This document shows positions 61,973-64,000 of a stretch of 64,000 nt of DNA, in pieces (positions within the stretch are counted from its first letter, which is position 1; each line of letters opens with the position of its first letter). A program made the translations under genes and the position numbers. The notes under the pieces were generated by a model that saw only the letters and a program-made list of their open reading frames with translations, had not been told where the DNA came from and searched no databases. The DNA is taken from assembly GCA_016292135.1 (NCBI GenBank), contig JAEFAZ010000010.1, forward strand, positions 7,560-71,559. The letters are read 5' to 3'. This DNA comes from Saccharofermentans sp. (GTDB taxonomy: Bacteria > Bacillota > Clostridia > Saccharofermentanales > Saccharofermentanaceae).

Positions 61973-63685
61973 ATGGACAGATTCGCTAAACTCCTCAAAA
62001 GATCGGCCAGAACATACAAGACTCACTGGATCGGTAATATCGTTATCGTCTTTCTCGTAAACGTTATAATCGGCGGTTACGCTCTGTCCTCATCCGGCCT
62101 CATCAACTCTATCCAGCCCTATGAACCTATCAAGAACACAGCGATCGATGTTATCGAAGACAAGATCCAGATCAATGACAGGCTCATCGACCGTGATACT
62201 CTAGACAAGCTGGATTCCAGAACAGACAAAGCGATAAAGACTTTCGAAAGGGCGACCGGCAATTCGAATGCCGGCACAATAAGCGAACTCATATACGGAA
62301 TATCGGGTTTCAATGAAAATTCCGGTGAGAAAGGCATATTTGAAGGAACCGAGTATTACAGGGGCGTCATCACCACGACGATAAACAAGATAACGGCATC
62401 AGGGTCGATCGTATTCGGCATCGTTCAGGCGGTCAACACGCTCATCTTCAAGGATAAGATCGCAAACTCCATCGTCATCCTCGTCGCAACGCTCTTCCTC
62501 CTTTTGATAACCATATTCGTAAAGAACATACTCTCTGTCGGAATGTGCCGTTATTTTGAGGAACACAGGTTATACAAGGGTACGAGAGCCGACCGTGTAC
62601 TGTTTATCTATAGATACGGCAAGGCATTGAACGTTGCAAAGATCATGTTTTTGAGGTCTATGTTCCAGGTCTTCTGGGATCTTACGATCATAGGCGGCTT
62701 CATCAAGTATTACGAATATTCCATGATCCCCTACATCCTGGCTGAAAATCCCACTATATCGTCAAAGGAAGCATTCCGCCTGTCAAAGGAGATGACGAAA
62801 GGCTATAAAAAACGCCTGTTCCTCTACGACATCATCTTCATCCCGGGCTTCCTTATCTCGAGTTTTTCATTCAACATTCTGTCCATCCTGCTCTTTGACC
62901 CTTTGAAGACCTGCTTTAACACCGAAGTCTTCGCAGATCTCCGCAAGACGGCCATGGACAGGGACATTCCCGAAAAGAAACTCTTCTGGGACAGAGGCCT
63001 TGATCTTGAGGATATGCGCAATTCGACATATCCCGAAGCGGTCTTCCCCTTGAAGCCTGCATCTCACCGTAACTGGCTCAAGTACGATTACGAAAGAGAC
63101 TACACTTTCTCATCCATCGTGCTGCTGTTCTTCACCTATTCGATAGTAGGCTGGGTCTGGGAAGTCTTCTATAACCTCTTCGATACCGGTCTTCTTTCCA
63201 ACCGCGGCACACTCAACGGTCCCTGGCTGCCGATATACGGCTGCGGCGGACTCCTGATCATCATGATCTTAAAACCCTTAAGGCGTCACCCGGTCCTGAT
63301 GTTCATAGGTGCCGTCATACTCTGCGGAGGCCTTGAATATTTCACTTCCTGGATGTTAGAGCAGCTCTTCCACTCCAAATGGTGGGATTATACCGGAATG
63401 TTCATGAACCTTAACGGCAGGATCTGTCTTGAAGGCCTCATCATCTTCGGGGTCGCGGGTCTGATGTTCACCTATATCTTCTCCCCTATCCTGGACAACG
63501 TCTTCCGTAAGATCCCTGCCAACTTCAGGACATCCTTCTGCGCGATACTGCTCGCGATCTTCATATTGGACGTAATGTTCTCTGTTGCAAGTCCCAACCG
63601 CGGTGCAGGCATAACCGAAGAAGATACTTACCGACCGTCAAACACTGTCGCGAGCGTCATTGAAGGCACGGATCCCGGAACATAA
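61973..63685 (+). CDS. DUF975-like membrane domain fused to a CmpB/'putative ABC transporter permease' domain
   Basis: IIGGFIKYYEYSMIPYILAENP (DUF975-like); GWVWE..NRG.LNGPWLPIYG, WWDY..NLNGRICL (CmpB-like). Confidence 0.75.
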   Translation: MDRFAKLLKRSARTYKTHWIGNIVIVFLVNVIIGGYALSSSGLINSIQPYEPIKNTAIDVIEDKIQINDRLIDRDTLDKLDSRTDKAIKTFERATGNSNAGTISELIYGISGFNENSGEKGIFEGTEYYRGVITTTINKITASGSIVFGIVQAVNTLIFKDKIANSIVILVATLFLLLITIFVKNILSVGMCRYFEEHRLYKGTRADRVLFIYRYGKALNVAKIMFLRSMFQVFWDLTIIGGFIKYYEYSMIPYILAENPTISSKEAFRLSKEMTKGYKKRLFLYDIIFIPGFLISSFSFNILSILLFDPLKTCFNTEVFADLRKTAMDRDIPEKKLFWDRGLDLEDMRNSTYPEAVFPLKPASHRNWLKYDYERDYTFSSIVLLFFTYSIVGWVWEVFYNLFDTGLLSNRGTLNGPWLPIYGCGGLLIIMILKPLRRHPVLMFIGAVILCGGLEYFTSWMLEQLFHSKWWDYTGMFMNLNGRICLEGLIIFGVAGLMFTYIFSPILDNVFRKIPANFRTSFCAILLAIFILDVMFSVASPNRGAGITEEDTYRPSNTVASVIEGTDPGT

Positions 63686-63716
63686 AAACACCGTCCCCCT
63701 GAACGGGAAACGGTGT
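63685..63716. terminator. Terminator between convergent genes
   Basis: AACACCGT...ACGGTGTT stem extended by C-G/G-U pairs; T-tract on the minus side. Confidence 0.65.
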
Positions 63717-63741
63717 TCTGTCATTCAATCTCCAACAGTTG

Positions 63742-64000
63742 TCAGTTCTGCTTTTCGCGGCTGAAAGGCAGGAAATCCTTGCTGTCGAAAACTATCTTCT
63801 CCTGCTTGCCGGGCTCGTCAACGGAAGTGACCTTCATGGTGTTTTCAGGTCCGAGATCGAAGACCAACACCGGTTTGTCACCTTCGTGATCGACCTTTAC
63901 CGTACCGAGCATAGCGCCGCTCCCTCTGAAGGCGATAGATACGGAACCGTCCTCTTCGATGGTCATGACTCTTGCATCAAGGTCTGTATCCTCGACCCAT
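63742..64000 (-). CDS. C-terminal part of a hypothetical protein (starts beyond the window)
   Basis: Frame stays open to the window edge (...WVEDTDLDARVMTIEED...). Confidence 0.55.
   Translation of the reverse strand, partial: WVEDTDLDARVMTIEEDGSVSIAFRGSGAMLGTVKVDHEGDKPVLVFDLGPENTMKVTSVDEPGKQEKIVFDSKDFLPFSREKQN

Noticed and set aside
1-64000. Apparent abundance of GATC/TGATCA, including at gene ends
   Set aside because: Plausibly due to ATC and GAT codon and TGA stop preference; could not be quantified without a codon-aware k-mer test
1-64000. Stop-codon recoding, frameshifted pseudogenes, IS or prophage
   Set aside because: All recognised genes appear full length and in one frame; no transposase, integrase or phage motifs found

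Overview
64 kb of ordinary-GC chromosome from a Gram-positive anaerobe of class Clostridia. The gene content and order suggest a rumen-type Oscillospirales/Saccharofermentans-like organism; this is inference only. Most of the window is housekeeping: glgBCDA, a 4-subunit 2-oxoacid:ferredoxin oxidoreductase (vor-type), sufCBDSU, valS, tig, clpX, cysS-mrnC-rlmB, recD2-comF, metK and rmlA. It also holds two ABC systems, an LtaS-family enzyme, BioY and a CelC-like GH5. I found no integrase, transposase, prophage or CRISPR array. Features absent from the ORF track that I could read directly are a 5' fragment of glgA, a 57-aa Flp pilin, tRNA-Arg(ACG) and a probable compact 6S RNA. The most unusual items are: (1) a 998-aa membrane pseudokinase (HRD->HGA) with about 19 SPFKP-type repeats and a Thr-only, charge-segregated ectodomain, next to an SPFH/zinc-ribbon gene; (2) a minimal Tad pilus locus with fused TadB-TadC, a P-loop-less CpaE-like gene, an FHA domain with altered phosphate-binding residues and four phased 10-bp repeats at its promoter; (3) a tRNA with A53:U61 in place of the near-invariant G53:C61; (4) a membrane-anchored Amidase_3 protein lacking its catalytic Glu; (5) a MacB-type transporter flanked by two adaptors, each with a duplicated lipoyl/hairpin module. 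All annotation is by motif recognition; no searches were run.
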